Shown piece after piece: positions 10,948-20,683 of a stretch of DNA of 64,000 nt. Below the pieces are notes generated by a model, which ran no database searches, was not told the origin of the DNA, and saw only the letters and a program-made list of their open reading frames with translations. The DNA comes from Candidatus Eiseniibacteriota bacterium (GTDB lineage: Bacteria; Eisenbacteria; RBG-16-71-46; CAZAMP01), in contig OZ245046.1 in assembly GCA_965224245.1 (NCBI GenBank), forward strand, positions 768,001 through 832,000, written 5' to 3'. Positions within the stretch are counted from its first letter, which is position 1. The number at the start of each line of letters is the position of its first letter. The position numbers and the translations under genes are program-made.

Positions 10948-11499
10948 CTAGTTGTGCCGCAACGTCATGCGACCGGTCCGTACGACGCGGACCACGGAAG
11001 TGTCTCGGTGTGAATTGTAGAAACGTATCGTCGCGGGAACGTCGCTCGAGGCCACCGTGCCCGGGGCCTCGAACGTCAGCACGGTGTTCGATGCGTCACC
11101 GTCGGTCCCTCCGATCATCGAGACGTTGGGCGTGATGCGCGTCGTGTCGTTGGATGCGAAGACCCACGAGCCCGCCTCGAACTTCTCGACGTAGTACCGA
11201 CCGCCCGAGGGCTCGTAGACGACCCGGTGACGCGTTCGGGTGGCCGTGGCCCGCTTCTGTGCGACGGCGCACGCCGACCGGAAGTTGTGGGCTGCCATGC
11301 GGACGGCGTCGTGCTGCATGTAGCGACCCACGTTCGGCACCGCCGCCGCGAGGGTGATGCCGATGATGAGGAGCACGACCATGGCCTCGATCAAGCTGTA
11401 TCCGTTCTGATCGTTCGACATGCGACGACCGAGTCCGCGCGCACGCACCGTGGCGAGGTGGAAGGCGTGTCCGGTTGCGCTGTGCAGGCGGCACATCAT
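10948..11499 (-). CDS. FimT/GspH-like minor pilin (alternative start 11421)
   Basis: NG|YSLIEAMVVLLIIGI...AVP motif, FEAPGT and VVRTGR C-terminus; GGAGG RBS upstream of 11499. Confidence 0.85.
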   Translation of the reverse strand: MMCRLHSATGHAFHLATVRARGLGRRMSNDQNGYSLIEAMVVLLIIGITLAAAVPNVGRYMQHDAVRMAAHNFRSACAVAQKRATATRTRHRVVYEPSGGRYYVEKFEAGSWVFASNDTTRITPNVSMIGGTDGDASNTVLTFEAPGTVASSDVPATIRFYNSHRDTSVVRVVRTGRMTLRHN

Positions 11500-11732
11500 G
11501 GTGAGAGATCCTCCAGGTCGGACTCGCGGTGGAGCGGCTCGCGCCGGGACGCATCAATCCACGAGTGGAGCGGGACATCCACGCGGGCGATCCGCGGCCC
11601 CGATCCGAGATAGAAATCGTCGGCGCCCACCCACCCGATGTTGATCGGCTGGCCGCAGCCGTTCGGCCGCGACGCGGGGCGTGCGCGGGCTCGATCGTCG
11701 GGGGCCGTGGAGTGAGGGTGGGAATGCGTCAT
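11496..11732 (-). CDS. Small hypothetical protein (78 aa) inside the pilin operon
   Basis: Fills the pilV-fimT gap, has GAGG upstream, and its TGA overlaps the fimT ATG (ATGA). Confidence 0.4.
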   Translation of the reverse strand: MTHSHPHSTAPDDRARARPASRPNGCGQPINIGWVGADDFYLGSGPRIARVDVPLHSWIDASRREPLHRESDLEDLSP

Positions 11733-11750
11733 GTTCGTCGACCTCGTCCG

Positions 11751-12209
11751 CTATGACACGCCCATCTTGCTCATCAGCCAGGTGAGCGGGATCTCGTGAG
11801 TGTTGGGTCCGCTGGTCCAGGCGACGACGACCTCGACGCGGTAGAGCCCCGGGGGCAGCGAGGCGTCGTCGCCGTTGTCGTAGACCTGGATCGTGCCGCG
11901 ACCGCTGGCTCCGAAGAGGTCGGCGATGTGCTCGGCCCACTCGTCGCAGTAGTCGTTGATCGTGTCCACGTCGTCGGTGTCCACGTCGTCGTAGGCGGTC
12001 TTGACGTCCGCAAAGACCGTCGAGTAGATGCGCTCCTTGATCTCCTGGGTCAGGCTCACGGCCATCGTCTCTTCCCGGCCGTAGTTCGAGTGTCGCCGGC
12101 TGGTGATGGTCAGCTGGCCGACGGCGAGGATGCCCACGGCGAAGATGACCAGCGCCACCATGAGCTCGACGAGCGAGAACCCGGCTTCGGACGACTTTGC
12201 GCGCGGCAT
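11751..12209 (-). CDS. PilV-like minor pilin
   Basis: AG|FSLVELMVALVIFAVGILAV; YRVEVVVAW C-terminal strand; GGGAG RBS. Confidence 0.88.
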   Translation of the reverse strand: MPRAKSSEAGFSLVELMVALVIFAVGILAVGQLTITSRRHSNYGREETMAVSLTQEIKERIYSTVFADVKTAYDDVDTDDVDTINDYCDEWAEHIADLFGASGRGTIQVYDNGDDASLPPGLYRVEVVVAWTSGPNTHEIPLTWLMSKMGVS

Positions 12210-12282
12210 GACAGCTTCTCTCCCAGAATGACCGTTCGTTTGGCGACCCTCGCGGGTCGCGATCGGCTCGGGCGGATCGGTC

Positions 12283-12297
12283 GCAAGCGACGTTCCG
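12283..12297 (-). promoter_or_regulatory. Candidate sigma54 (-24/-12) promoter of pilV
   Basis: CGGAACGTCGCTTGC, i.e. GG-N10-GC with TTGC, ~75 nt upstream of the pilV ATG. Confidence 0.5.
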
Positions 12298-12535
12298 TGA
12301 CGCCGGTTCGATCGGGCCGATTGCCAAGCTCTTGCTCGGCAAGGCGATGCGGACTCGCGTGCAACGACGGCGCCGGCTCTGCCGTGCGTTTTGCAATGCG
12401 GCCGCAAAGCGCTGCACGATTGCAGCCCGCCGCCCGTGGCGGACGCTGCCTCTCTGCGTTGTCGGCACCGATCGGCGTGAGGTTCTCGTGGGGGCCGTCG
12501 CGACCCGACGCCGGTGGCCGGTCTGGGCCGCGTGG

Positions 12536-14107
12536 TCACGGTGTGAACATGGCCAGATCGGCCTCCATGTTGAACAGCTCGCGCCAGGAGGCGTCCACCC
12601 AGACGTTCAGCGGCACCGGGTAGCACGGCGGCGGGAAGTCGTTCAGGTCGAGGTCGTAGTTGTAGTGCCGCGTCGGGCCGGCGCCCTCCTGGTAGATCCA
12701 CGGCGCGGCGTGGCCGCCGTCGCGGGTGATGATCGGACCGTTCTGCGTCAGCGACCAGTGATCCGCCGTGATGTTGACCTCGTCCCATCCGGATCCGAAG
12801 GTGGGGTCGTGATTGACCGGGGTCTCGTTCGGATTGCCGTCGCCGTCGAGGTCGACGGGCCCGGATTGGAGCGGCGGGTACGTGGATGCATCGGTAGAGG
12901 CCGGATGCCACTGGCCGTTCACCGCCATCGCCGCCACGTCGAAGCGGCAGACGCGCGGCACCGGTCCGATCAGCACGTCGTTGCGCGCGACGATGCCCAG
13001 GTTCACCGGGTCGCCGGTGCCGCTGGCGGTGCGGTCCGCTCCGTAGAACCCCGTGTGACCGGTCACGATGCTGCTGTCGCAGTACGCGTTCCGGTTGGCG
13101 AAGATCGTCATCGAGCACGCCGAGACACCGTCGAGGACACCCTTCAGGTGTGCGTCGAACTCGAAGAAGATCGAGCCGTTGAAGTCGGCGCGACGCAGCG
13201 GCTGACCGGTCGAGGCGTCGATCACGGGGGAGCCCGCGTACGCGATCACGGTGTCGCCGGGCGAGGTCCACGTGTCGTGGAAGTCGAACCTCGAGAAGTC
13301 GAGCACGCCGCCGGTCGCGGCGATGCCGATCGGGTCGGAGCCCGCGTTGGAGTTCACGTAGAGGCCGATGGTGCCCTGTCCGCCGCACGAGTTGTTCGTG
13401 GAGAGGCCGCGCGCGCGGTCTCGCTCCCACGTGAAGTCCACCGACTGATCGAGATTCACGACCTGGGCATCGGTCGAGTAGCCGCGCCAGAAACGGGCCG
13501 CATCGGGCGACGGAAGGATGTTCTCCACGACCGAGACCATCTCCAGGAACGTCGTCTCCTCGCCGGACGCGCACGAGGGCACGAGCAGGTCCCGACCGGC
13601 GTAGACCTCGCCGGTGATCAAACCCCTGCAGGCGAAGCTGAGGTCGACCTCCTGGAAGAAGAACGCGTACTTCAGGAAGCTGTCGTGAACGATCCGCACC
13701 GCGACGCGTCGTCTGGCGCCGCGCACCTCGCCCTCGGCGATGATGTTGAACGCGTGGGACCGGAACGCGCTGGAGATCGGGAGCGCGTCGGACGCCTCGG
13801 CGAACACACGGTAGCGACCGTTCCACGGCAGGTCGCGGACGATCTCGAAGTCCGCGAGCCCGTCGGCGTCGGCGTCGGCCAGGGTCACGTCGAGGTCCTG
13901 GATCAACCGTTTGGCGACCGCGACGCCGGTCTCCGCCGCAGCGAGTGCGTCGGCGGAGTCCCGGTCGTATCGCGAGATCTGCCGGTCGCTCAGCGCGTTG
14001 AAGACGATTCCGGATCCCAGGAGGGTGAGCGCGGCGAGCACCATGATCGAGACGAGCAGCGCGCTCCCGCTCTCGTCTCCCGTCCAGCCCGAACGATCTC
14101 TGATCAA
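12536..14107 (-). CDS. PilX-like minor pilin with a large C-terminal domain
   Basis: SG|SALLVSIMVL without Glu5, ALAAAETGV, C-terminal YNYD...PPPCYP...WRE; GGGAG RBS before TTG. Confidence 0.82.
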   Translation of the reverse strand: MIRDRSGWTGDESGSALLVSIMVLAALTLLGSGIVFNALSDRQISRYDRDSADALAAAETGVAVAKRLIQDLDVTLADADADGLADFEIVRDLPWNGRYRVFAEASDALPISSAFRSHAFNIIAEGEVRGARRRVAVRIVHDSFLKYAFFFQEVDLSFACRGLITGEVYAGRDLLVPSCASGEETTFLEMVSVVENILPSPDAARFWRGYSTDAQVVNLDQSVDFTWERDRARGLSTNNSCGGQGTIGLYVNSNAGSDPIGIAATGGVLDFSRFDFHDTWTSPGDTVIAYAGSPVIDASTGQPLRRADFNGSIFFEFDAHLKGVLDGVSACSMTIFANRNAYCDSSIVTGHTGFYGADRTASGTGDPVNLGIVARNDVLIGPVPRVCRFDVAAMAVNGQWHPASTDASTYPPLQSGPVDLDGDGNPNETPVNHDPTFGSGWDEVNITADHWSLTQNGPIITRDGGHAAPWIYQEGAGPTRHYNYDLDLNDFPPPCYPVPLNVWVDASWRELFNMEADLAMFTP

Positions 14108-14292
14108 GGGTAGCTCCCTTCGTCAGTCGATCGCGTCGGGCCAACGCAACCGTTCCGCTGAGTTGTGAACAGCCAATCCCTACATCGGCCGGCCCGCCCG
14201 GCGGCGTTGGGGATTGCGTGGACGGGAATCCGCCGCTGCGGTATCGTGGCTGATCCGAGCCGCTCTCCCGGCTCGTCGAGGAGGACGTTGTC

Positions 14293-14490
14293 GTGTTCGG
14301 CATTGGGACGGTCGAGGTCGTCATCGTGGCGGCGCTGGTGCTCATCCTGTTCGGTCCGGACCGGATGCCCGAGATCCTCCGCTCGTTCGGACGCGCCACC
14401 GGCCAGCTCCGAAAGGCCGTCTCGGAGGTACACGCCGAGATCGAGGACGCCGCCAAGAACGACGATGAGCCGCGTGTCGGGAAGTCCTGA
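14293..14490 (+). CDS. Twin-arginine translocase TatA/TatB family subunit
   Basis: MFGIGTVE...LILFGPDRMPE; GGAGG RBS. Confidence 0.88.
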   Translation: MFGIGTVEVVIVAALVLILFGPDRMPEILRSFGRATGQLRKAVSEVHAEIEDAAKNDDEPRVGKS

Positions 14491-15004
14491 TCGGCTCGCG
14501 CTGACCGGCTTCATGGGGGCCGGAAAGACCACCGTCGGCCGCCGACTCGCCGAGACCCTGCGCTGGCCGTTCGTCGACCTCGACGCCGCCGTCGAGGCCG
14601 CCGAGGGGGCGTCGGTCCCCGAGATCTTCGCGACGAGAGGCGAGCGATCGTTCCGGGAGGCCGAGACCCGGGCGCTCGGCCGGGCGCTCGCGCAGTCGCC
14701 GCTCGTGCTGGCGCTGGGAGGGGGGACCCTCGACGACCCGGGCAACCGCGAGCGCGTCCGCGCGGACACGACGCTGGTCTTCCTCGATGCCCCGCCGTCG
14801 ATCCTCCGCGCGCGCCTCGACGAGACCGACGCCGGACGGCGGCCGCTTCTCGCCGGCGGATTCCCCCGCGCGCTCTACGATCGGCGGCTCGGCACGTACC
14901 GGCAGGCGCCGGTGATCGTGCGCGCCGACGCCCCGGTCGAGACCGTGGTCACCCGGGTGGTGGCGGCGCTCGAGGCGCTCGGGCTACCCGGACGCGATCG
15001 ATGA
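14465..15004 (+). CDS. aroK: Shikimate kinase
   Basis: GFMGAGKTT, IFATRGERSFREAE, LGGG, RPLL. Confidence 0.93.
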   Translation: MSRVSGSPDRLALTGFMGAGKTTVGRRLAETLRWPFVDLDAAVEAAEGASVPEIFATRGERSFREAETRALGRALAQSPLVLALGGGTLDDPGNRERVRADTTLVFLDAPPSILRARLDETDAGRRPLLAGGFPRALYDRRLGTYRQAPVIVRADAPVETVVTRVVAALEALGLPGRDR

Positions 15005-15618
15005 TCCGGATCATCGCCGGCGAGTTTCGCGGCCGCCGCTTGAAGTCACCCCGGGAGACCGCCCGGCGCATCACGCGCCCGACGTCGTCGAGGGCGCGTA
15101 CCATTCTCTTCGATCTCCTGGGTCCGCTGGCCGGAGTCGAGGCGGTGCTGGATCTCTGCGCCGGATCGGGCGCGCTGGGCCTCGAGGCGCTCAGCCGCGG
15201 GGCGGCCCGTGCCGACTTCGTGGAGCTGGACCGGCGGGCCGTCCAGGCGCTGAGGGACAACGTCAGGAGCCTCGGCCTGGACGAGCGCGCCGCGATCGCG
15301 GTCGCCGACGTGTATTCTTACCTCCGCGGCGCTCGCGAGCGGAGCTGGTCGCTGATCCTGGCCGATCCGCCGTACGGCGCCGAGTCGGCCCGCACGATTC
15401 TGGCGGCCGTGGACGCCGCCCGGTGCGTGGCCCCGGGCGGTCGCGTGGTGATCGAGCACGACATCGATGGCGATCCCGGGGATCGAGTCGGTATGCTGGC
15501 CCGTACGCGTCGGCGCCCTGTGGGGCGAACGGTCGTATCGATCTATCGCGAGGTGCCCGGGAGCGAGGCACCAAGCGAGCACGCGCCCGACGAGCCGGGC
15601 GCGCGGGAGGATGCATGA
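15001..15618 (+). CDS. rsmD: 16S rRNA m2G966 methyltransferase
   Basis: RIIAGEFRGRRL, RPT, LDLCAGSGALGLEALSRGA, DPPY. Confidence 0.93.
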   Translation: MIRIIAGEFRGRRLKSPRETARRITRPTSSRARTILFDLLGPLAGVEAVLDLCAGSGALGLEALSRGAARADFVELDRRAVQALRDNVRSLGLDERAAIAVADVYSYLRGARERSWSLILADPPYGAESARTILAAVDAARCVAPGGRVVIEHDIDGDPGDRVGMLARTRRRPVGRTVVSIYREVPGSEAPSEHAPDEPGAREDA

Positions 15619-16130
15619 GTCGAGCCATCTTCGCGGGAACGTTCGATCCAGTGACCATGGGACACCTGGATCTCGTGGAGCGCGCCACACATCTCTTCGA
15701 CGAGATTCTGGTCGGGGTGGCCGTGGGGCACCACAAGAAGGCGCTGTTCAGCGTGGACGAGCGCGTGGAGATGTTTCGCGAGGCGGCCGCGCACCTGCAT
15801 GCGGTCACGGTCACGTCGTTCGACGGACTCCTGGTGGACTTCGCGCGCGAGACCGAGACCGGCGTCGTCGTGCGCGGCCTCAGGATGGTGAGCGACTTCG
15901 AGTACGAGTACCAGATGGCGCTGATGAACCGGAAGCTGGCCCAATCGCTGGAGACGATCTTCCTGATGCCGAGCGCGCGCTACGTGTTCGTGAACTCCAC
16001 GGTGATCAAGGAGATCGCCCGCTTCGGAGGGCCGCTGGACGAGCTCGTGCCCGACACGGTCAAGGCGCGCTTCGCCGACATGCGTGAGAGTGGCGAGCTG
16101 GCCCGCCGGACCGGGCGCGCGGGGGGCTGA
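15615..16130 (+). CDS. coaD: Phosphopantetheine adenylyltransferase
   Basis: GTFDPVTMGHLD, RGLRMVSDFEYE. Confidence 0.96.
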   Translation: MSRAIFAGTFDPVTMGHLDLVERATHLFDEILVGVAVGHHKKALFSVDERVEMFREAAAHLHAVTVTSFDGLLVDFARETETGVVVRGLRMVSDFEYEYQMALMNRKLAQSLETIFLMPSARYVFVNSTVIKEIARFGGPLDELVPDTVKARFADMRESGELARRTGRAGG

Positions 16131-16135
16131 CGCGC

Positions 16136-17161
16136 ATGTTCGTCGACGAGGTCCAGATCGAGGTGCAGTCCGGCCGCGGCGGCGACGGCGTCGTCAGCTT
16201 CCGGCGCGAGGCATACGTCCCCCGCGGCGGCCCCGACGGCGGCGACGGCGGCCGGGGCGGCGACGTCGTTCTCGTCGCCGACTCGAACCTCGGGACGCTG
16301 CTCGACTTCCGACACACGCGCCGCTTCGTCGCCCCCAGCGGAGCCCCCGGGCAGGGGAGCCGGAAGTTCGGCAAGAGCGGCCGGGATCTCGTGATCCAGG
16401 TGCCGGTGGGCACCGTCGTGACCGATCTCGATACGAACGAGGTGCTGGCCGATCTCGTCGAGAGCGGCGCACGCTCCGTGGTGGCCTGCGGTGGACGAGG
16501 GGGCAAGGGCAACTTCCACTTTCGCACGGCCACGAACCAGGCGCCGCGCCGCGCGCAGCCGGGCAGACCGGCCGAATCGCGGCGACTCGGCCTCACGCTC
16601 AAGCTGATCGCCGACGTGGGGCTCGTGGGACTCCCCAACGCGGGCAAGAGCACGCTCCTGTCGCGCGTGTCCCGGGCGCGACCCAAGATCGCCGACTACC
16701 CGTTCACGACGCTGGTTCCCAACCTGGGGATCGTCTCGGCCGGCGACTACGCCTCCTTCGTGATGGCCGACATCCCCGGGCTGGTCGAGGGCGCGCACAC
16801 CGGAAAGGGGCTCGGGCACCGCTTTCTGCGCCACATCGAGCGCACGAGGAGCTTGGCTCTGCTGATCGACTCTCAGAGCGAGGATCCGGCGGCGGTTTAC
16901 GGTACTCTTCTCGGCGAGCTCGGCGCGTGGAGCTCGGCGCTCCTCCGGAAGCCCCGGATCGTCGTGTTCACGAAACGAGACGTGGCGCCCGACGCCCCGC
17001 TTCCGCGGTCGCCCGACGACGCGGTGCCCGCGATCGGCATCAGCGCCGTGACCGGAGAGGGCGTCGCGGAGCTCGTGCATGCGCTGTATGCGATGGCGAG
17101 CGCGGCATCGGCCGACGACGCCGACGAGGCTTCAACGGTTGAGGGACAGCGATCCACATGA
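16136..17161 (+). CDS. obgE: Obg family GTPase
   Basis: MFVDE, GGPDGGDGGRGG, GLPNAGKST, YPFTT, DIPG, FLRHIER. Confidence 0.97.
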   Translation: MFVDEVQIEVQSGRGGDGVVSFRREAYVPRGGPDGGDGGRGGDVVLVADSNLGTLLDFRHTRRFVAPSGAPGQGSRKFGKSGRDLVIQVPVGTVVTDLDTNEVLADLVESGARSVVACGGRGGKGNFHFRTATNQAPRRAQPGRPAESRRLGLTLKLIADVGLVGLPNAGKSTLLSRVSRARPKIADYPFTTLVPNLGIVSAGDYASFVMADIPGLVEGAHTGKGLGHRFLRHIERTRSLALLIDSQSEDPAAVYGTLLGELGAWSSALLRKPRIVVFTKRDVAPDAPLPRSPDDAVPAIGISAVTGEGVAELVHALYAMASAASADDADEASTVEGQRST

Positions 17162-17805
17162 GTGACGAGCGAGTGCAGCCGGGACGACTCCTGGATCTGA
17201 TCCGATCCAAGAACTTCGAGGGTCGAAAGGCCCTCATCGACGAGCTCAGGGCCGAGCGGACCAAGCAGTCCACCGACCTTCTGCTCGAGATCCTCAGCGA
17301 CGAGAGCTGGAGCCTTCGCGAGCTGGCCGTCTCGGCGCTGGCGGACCGCGAGGACCTCGCCGCGCCGCATCTCCTGGCGCTCCTGGACACCGGTCTCTGG
17401 TACTCGAAGGCGGCGGCGGCCCGAACGCTGGGCGTGATGGGACACGGCCGGGCGCTGTCCAAGATCGTCCGCCTGATCGACGATCCCAATCGGACCGTCG
17501 CCGAGGACGCGGGCCGCGCGCTCCTGGACCTCGCGCGCCGGGGCTGGGCCGCCGGCGTGGCCCGTGGGCTGCTGGCTCGCGACGAAGGCGCCGAGGACGC
17601 GCTCAAGATCCTCGAGCGAATCGACCCCGACGACGGCCGCAAGATTCGCATCCTGGTCGCCCGAGACGAGATCCGGGCTCCGGTGATGGACTGGCTGGAG
17701 AGCGAGGAGCGCGACCCGACCCGTTTCTCCGAGCTTCTCGCGGCCAGCGCCGATGCCGACCTCGGCATCGGCTGGGAACGCATCTCCGGGCCGGTCGGCG
17801 GGTAA
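17158..17805 (+). CDS. HEAT-repeat protein
   Basis: Repeated LxDxxWxxRxxAxxAL helical pairs; ATGA-coupled to obgE. Confidence 0.75.
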   Translation: MSDERVQPGRLLDLIRSKNFEGRKALIDELRAERTKQSTDLLLEILSDESWSLRELAVSALADREDLAAPHLLALLDTGLWYSKAAAARTLGVMGHGRALSKIVRLIDDPNRTVAEDAGRALLDLARRGWAAGVARGLLARDEGAEDALKILERIDPDDGRKIRILVARDEIRAPVMDWLESEERDPTRFSELLAASADADLGIGWERISGPVGG

Positions 17806-17885
17806 CGACCCCGCACCATCGTCACTCTCCCCGTGAACCGGCGCGCGCCTCGGTCGCGCGTGCCGCGCCGAAGAAGGGGATACCC

Positions 17886-18797
17886 GTGACGTCCACCGAC
17901 CACCTCGACGAGCGATTGCCCGCGCACGTTCCGGCCTCGGAGCCGCTCCGCATCGTGCCCACCCGTCGCCGTTCGCTCGCGCCGCTGTTCGACCTTCCCG
18001 ATCCGCCCGAGCGGCTGTGGCTGGTCGGGTGCCCCGGCGTGCTCGAGCGTCCCAGCGTGGCGATCGTGGGGGCCCGCAACGCCACGCCCACCGGACGCGA
18101 CCTCGCCCGGCGTCTCGCGCGCGATCTGGCCGGCGAAGGCTGGCTCGTCGTCAGCGGCCTTGCGCGGGGGATCGACGCGGCCGCGCACGAGGGGGCACTG
18201 TCGGCGTCCGGAGCCAGCCTGGGCGTGCTCGGGACCGGCATCGACGTGTGCTATCCGCGAGAGTCGCGCGCCCTGTACCGGGGGCTCGGTACCCGTGGAC
18301 TCCTGATGTCCGAGTTCGCTCCGGGGATGCCGCCGCTGCGCCACCACTTTCCCCGCCGCAACCGGATCATCGCCGCGCTGAGCCGCGCGGTCGTCGTCGT
18401 GGAGGGGGCGGCCCGGAGCGGGTCCCGCATCACGGCGGATCTCGCGCTGGATCTGGGCCGCGAGGTCCTCGCCGTGCCCCGCGATCCGATCCTCCCCGGC
18501 GCCGAGATGCCCAACACGCTCATTCGTGCGGGCGCCACGCCGTGCACGGGCGCCGACGACGTCCTGTCACTGTTCGGAGCGGGACGCCGGCTCGCTCCCG
18601 ACCGGCCGCGCCGTGTCGTTCCGCCCCGGCTGGAGTGGCTCGTGCTCGCGTTGCGCCCCGAGGGCGTCAGCGTGGACGACCTGCAGATGGTGACGGGACG
18701 GTCCGTGGTGGATATCCTCCCGGCGCTTCTGGATCTCCAGCTTCGCGGCGTCGCCGAGCGCCTCGAGACCGGTCACTACCGCCGCGTGTCGGATTGA
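17886..18797 (+). CDS. dprA: DNA-processing protein DprA (short, with no evident N-terminal SAM domain)
   Basis: VAIVGAR, VSGLARGIDAAAH, FPRRNRII, VVVEG...SGS, C-terminal winged helix. Confidence 0.93.
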   Translation: MTSTDHLDERLPAHVPASEPLRIVPTRRRSLAPLFDLPDPPERLWLVGCPGVLERPSVAIVGARNATPTGRDLARRLARDLAGEGWLVVSGLARGIDAAAHEGALSASGASLGVLGTGIDVCYPRESRALYRGLGTRGLLMSEFAPGMPPLRHHFPRRNRIIAALSRAVVVVEGAARSGSRITADLALDLGREVLAVPRDPILPGAEMPNTLIRAGATPCTGADDVLSLFGAGRRLAPDRPRRVVPPRLEWLVLALRPEGVSVDDLQMVTGRSVVDILPALLDLQLRGVAERLETGHYRRVSD

Positions 18798-18809
18798 CGG
18801 AGGACTTGC

Positions 18810-19802
18810 GTGGCCAGATGGACGCGCTCCACGCGCGTGACGTTCTCGCACCGGGTCGAGGCCCTCGGGCTTCGCGCGGGCATCGCGCTCGCGAACGGGG
18901 TTCCCCACGAGCGGGCCCTCGAGCTGGGGGCGTGGCTCGGCGACCTCGCGTGGCACGCCGGAGTCCGCCGACGGGTCGTTCTCGAGGCTCTGGCCCGGGC
19001 CGACGGGATGCCGGCCGACACCGACGCGCGGGTGCGGATTGCGAGGGATTGCTACCGGAACTTCGGCCGCACGTTCGTGGAGTACGCGCGTCTGGGCGGC
19101 CCCACCGGCCCCGAGCTCGTGTCACGCGTCAGCGTGGACCGCGGCGAGTACCTGGAGCGCGCCATCGGCGCCGGCCGCGGCGTCCTGGCGGTGAGCGGGC
19201 ACTTCGGCAGCCTCGAGCTCATGGCGACCGCCATGGGCCGGTTCGGCGTGCGCCCGACGCTGCTGGTGGCGCCGATGCGAAACCCGCTGGCCAACGCGCT
19301 CTTCGCCGAGCGACGACGACGATACGGCGTCGACGTGATCGAGGTGGGGCCGGGGCTCCGCCAGGCCCTGGTCGTGCTGAAGCGCGGGGGGCTCCTGTGT
19401 CTCGCGGTCGATCAGGACGCAGGCCGTCACGGCGTCTTCGTCGACTTCCTGGGGCGGCCGGCCTCGACGCCGGCCGGCGTGGTCGAGCTCGGACTGCGAT
19501 CCGGAGCGCCGGTGGTCTTCGGGCTCGCATTCCGGGAGCCGCCGCCCGTCGGCCGGCGCGGCGGCGGCCATCACGTCGTCCGGCTTCGACCGCCGGTGGA
19601 TCTCGTTTCGCGGGGCGACCACGACGCGACCGTTCGGTACTATCTGCAGCTTCTCTCGGACTGGCTCGGCGAGGGCGTTCGCGAGCGGCCCGATCACTGG
19701 TTCTGGATGCACCGGCGCTGGAAGACCCGGCCCGATTCCGGGTCGGCCTCCACGCGCCCGCACGGCGAGACCGCCCGCACCCGTGGAGCTGGAGACGCAT
19801 GA
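18810..19802 (+). CDS. Lipid A biosynthesis late acyltransferase (LpxL/HtrB family)
   Basis: GHFGSLE, DQDAG...VDFLGRPAST, PDHWFWMHRRWK; GGAGG RBS. Confidence 0.9.
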   Translation: MARWTRSTRVTFSHRVEALGLRAGIALANGVPHERALELGAWLGDLAWHAGVRRRVVLEALARADGMPADTDARVRIARDCYRNFGRTFVEYARLGGPTGPELVSRVSVDRGEYLERAIGAGRGVLAVSGHFGSLELMATAMGRFGVRPTLLVAPMRNPLANALFAERRRRYGVDVIEVGPGLRQALVVLKRGGLLCLAVDQDAGRHGVFVDFLGRPASTPAGVVELGLRSGAPVVFGLAFREPPPVGRRGGGHHVVRLRPPVDLVSRGDHDATVRYYLQLLSDWLGEGVRERPDHWFWMHRRWKTRPDSGSASTRPHGETARTRGAGDA

Positions 19803-20683
19803 ACGGTTACACGATCACGCTCGGCAACCCCGACACGCTCCCGGACGATCCGGCCGTCGTCGTGATCCCGGCGCCCTACGATCGCACCGCGTGCTATCAG
19901 CCGGGGTCCCGGCGGGGGCCGGACGCGATCCTGACCGCGTCGGCGAACATGGAGTTCTACGACGAGGTGCTCGGCTTCGATCCCTCGCGCGTGGGCATCG
20001 CGACGCTGGCCCCGCTCGAGGTGTCCGCCGACGGGCCGCGTCTGATGTGTGATCGCGTGCGCGACGTCGTCGCTGCGGTCCTGGCCGAGAAGCGGCTCCC
20101 CCTCGTCCTCGGGGGCGAGCACTCGGTCACGATCGGAGCGATCGAGGCGGTGGCCGCCGTGCACCCGTCGGTGTCGATCCTGCATCTCGACGCGCACGCC
20201 GATCTTCGCGACGAGTACGAGGGGAGCCGCTACAGCCACGCCTGCGTGATGCGCCGCGCCCGCGAGCGGTGCAAGGCGGTCTCCCTGGGCATCCGGAGCG
20301 TGAGCGAGGCCGAGGCGAGCTGGGCCCGGGAGACCGGAACCGCGCTCACCAGCGTTCGTGAGTGCCGCGAGCGCGGCTGGGATCTCGACGCCCTCTGCGG
20401 CGATCTCGGTGACGAGGTCTACGTGACCCTGGACGTGGACGCGCTCGATCCGAGCATCATGCCCGCCACCGGGACGCCCGAGCCGGGGGGGTTCGTCTGG
20501 GACGAGATCGACGCGCTCCTGGCGTGGGTGGCGGAACGCCGTCGCGTGGTCGGCTTCGACATCGTCGAGCTGATGCCGATTCCGGGATTCGTGGCGCCCG
20601 ACTATCTCGTCGCGCGCCTCGCGTACCGCATGATCGGCCGCGTGCTCGGGTCGCGTCGCCAGCGAGACGGGGGCGACGTGTGA
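19799..20683 (+). CDS. speB: Agmatinase
   Basis: GGEHSVT, HLDAHADLRD, SHAC, TLDVDALDPS..PATGTPEPGG. Confidence 0.93.
   Translation: MNGYTITLGNPDTLPDDPAVVVIPAPYDRTACYQPGSRRGPDAILTASANMEFYDEVLGFDPSRVGIATLAPLEVSADGPRLMCDRVRDVVAAVLAEKRLPLVLGGEHSVTIGAIEAVAAVHPSVSILHLDAHADLRDEYEGSRYSHACVMRRARERCKAVSLGIRSVSEAEASWARETGTALTSVRECRERGWDLDALCGDLGDEVYVTLDVDALDPSIMPATGTPEPGGFVWDEIDALLAWVAERRRVVGFDIVELMPIPGFVAPDYLVARLAYRMIGRVLGSRRQRDGGDV

Noticed and set aside
12210-14456. Apparent 901-aa protein ending in PilV
   Set aside because: The upstream part is an off-frame overlap of pilX; only the last 152 codons have an RBS and a prepilin motif
18017-19798. Apparent 888-aa agmatinase fusion
   Set aside because: The N-terminal part overlaps dprA and the acyltransferase in another frame; the real start is ATG 19799
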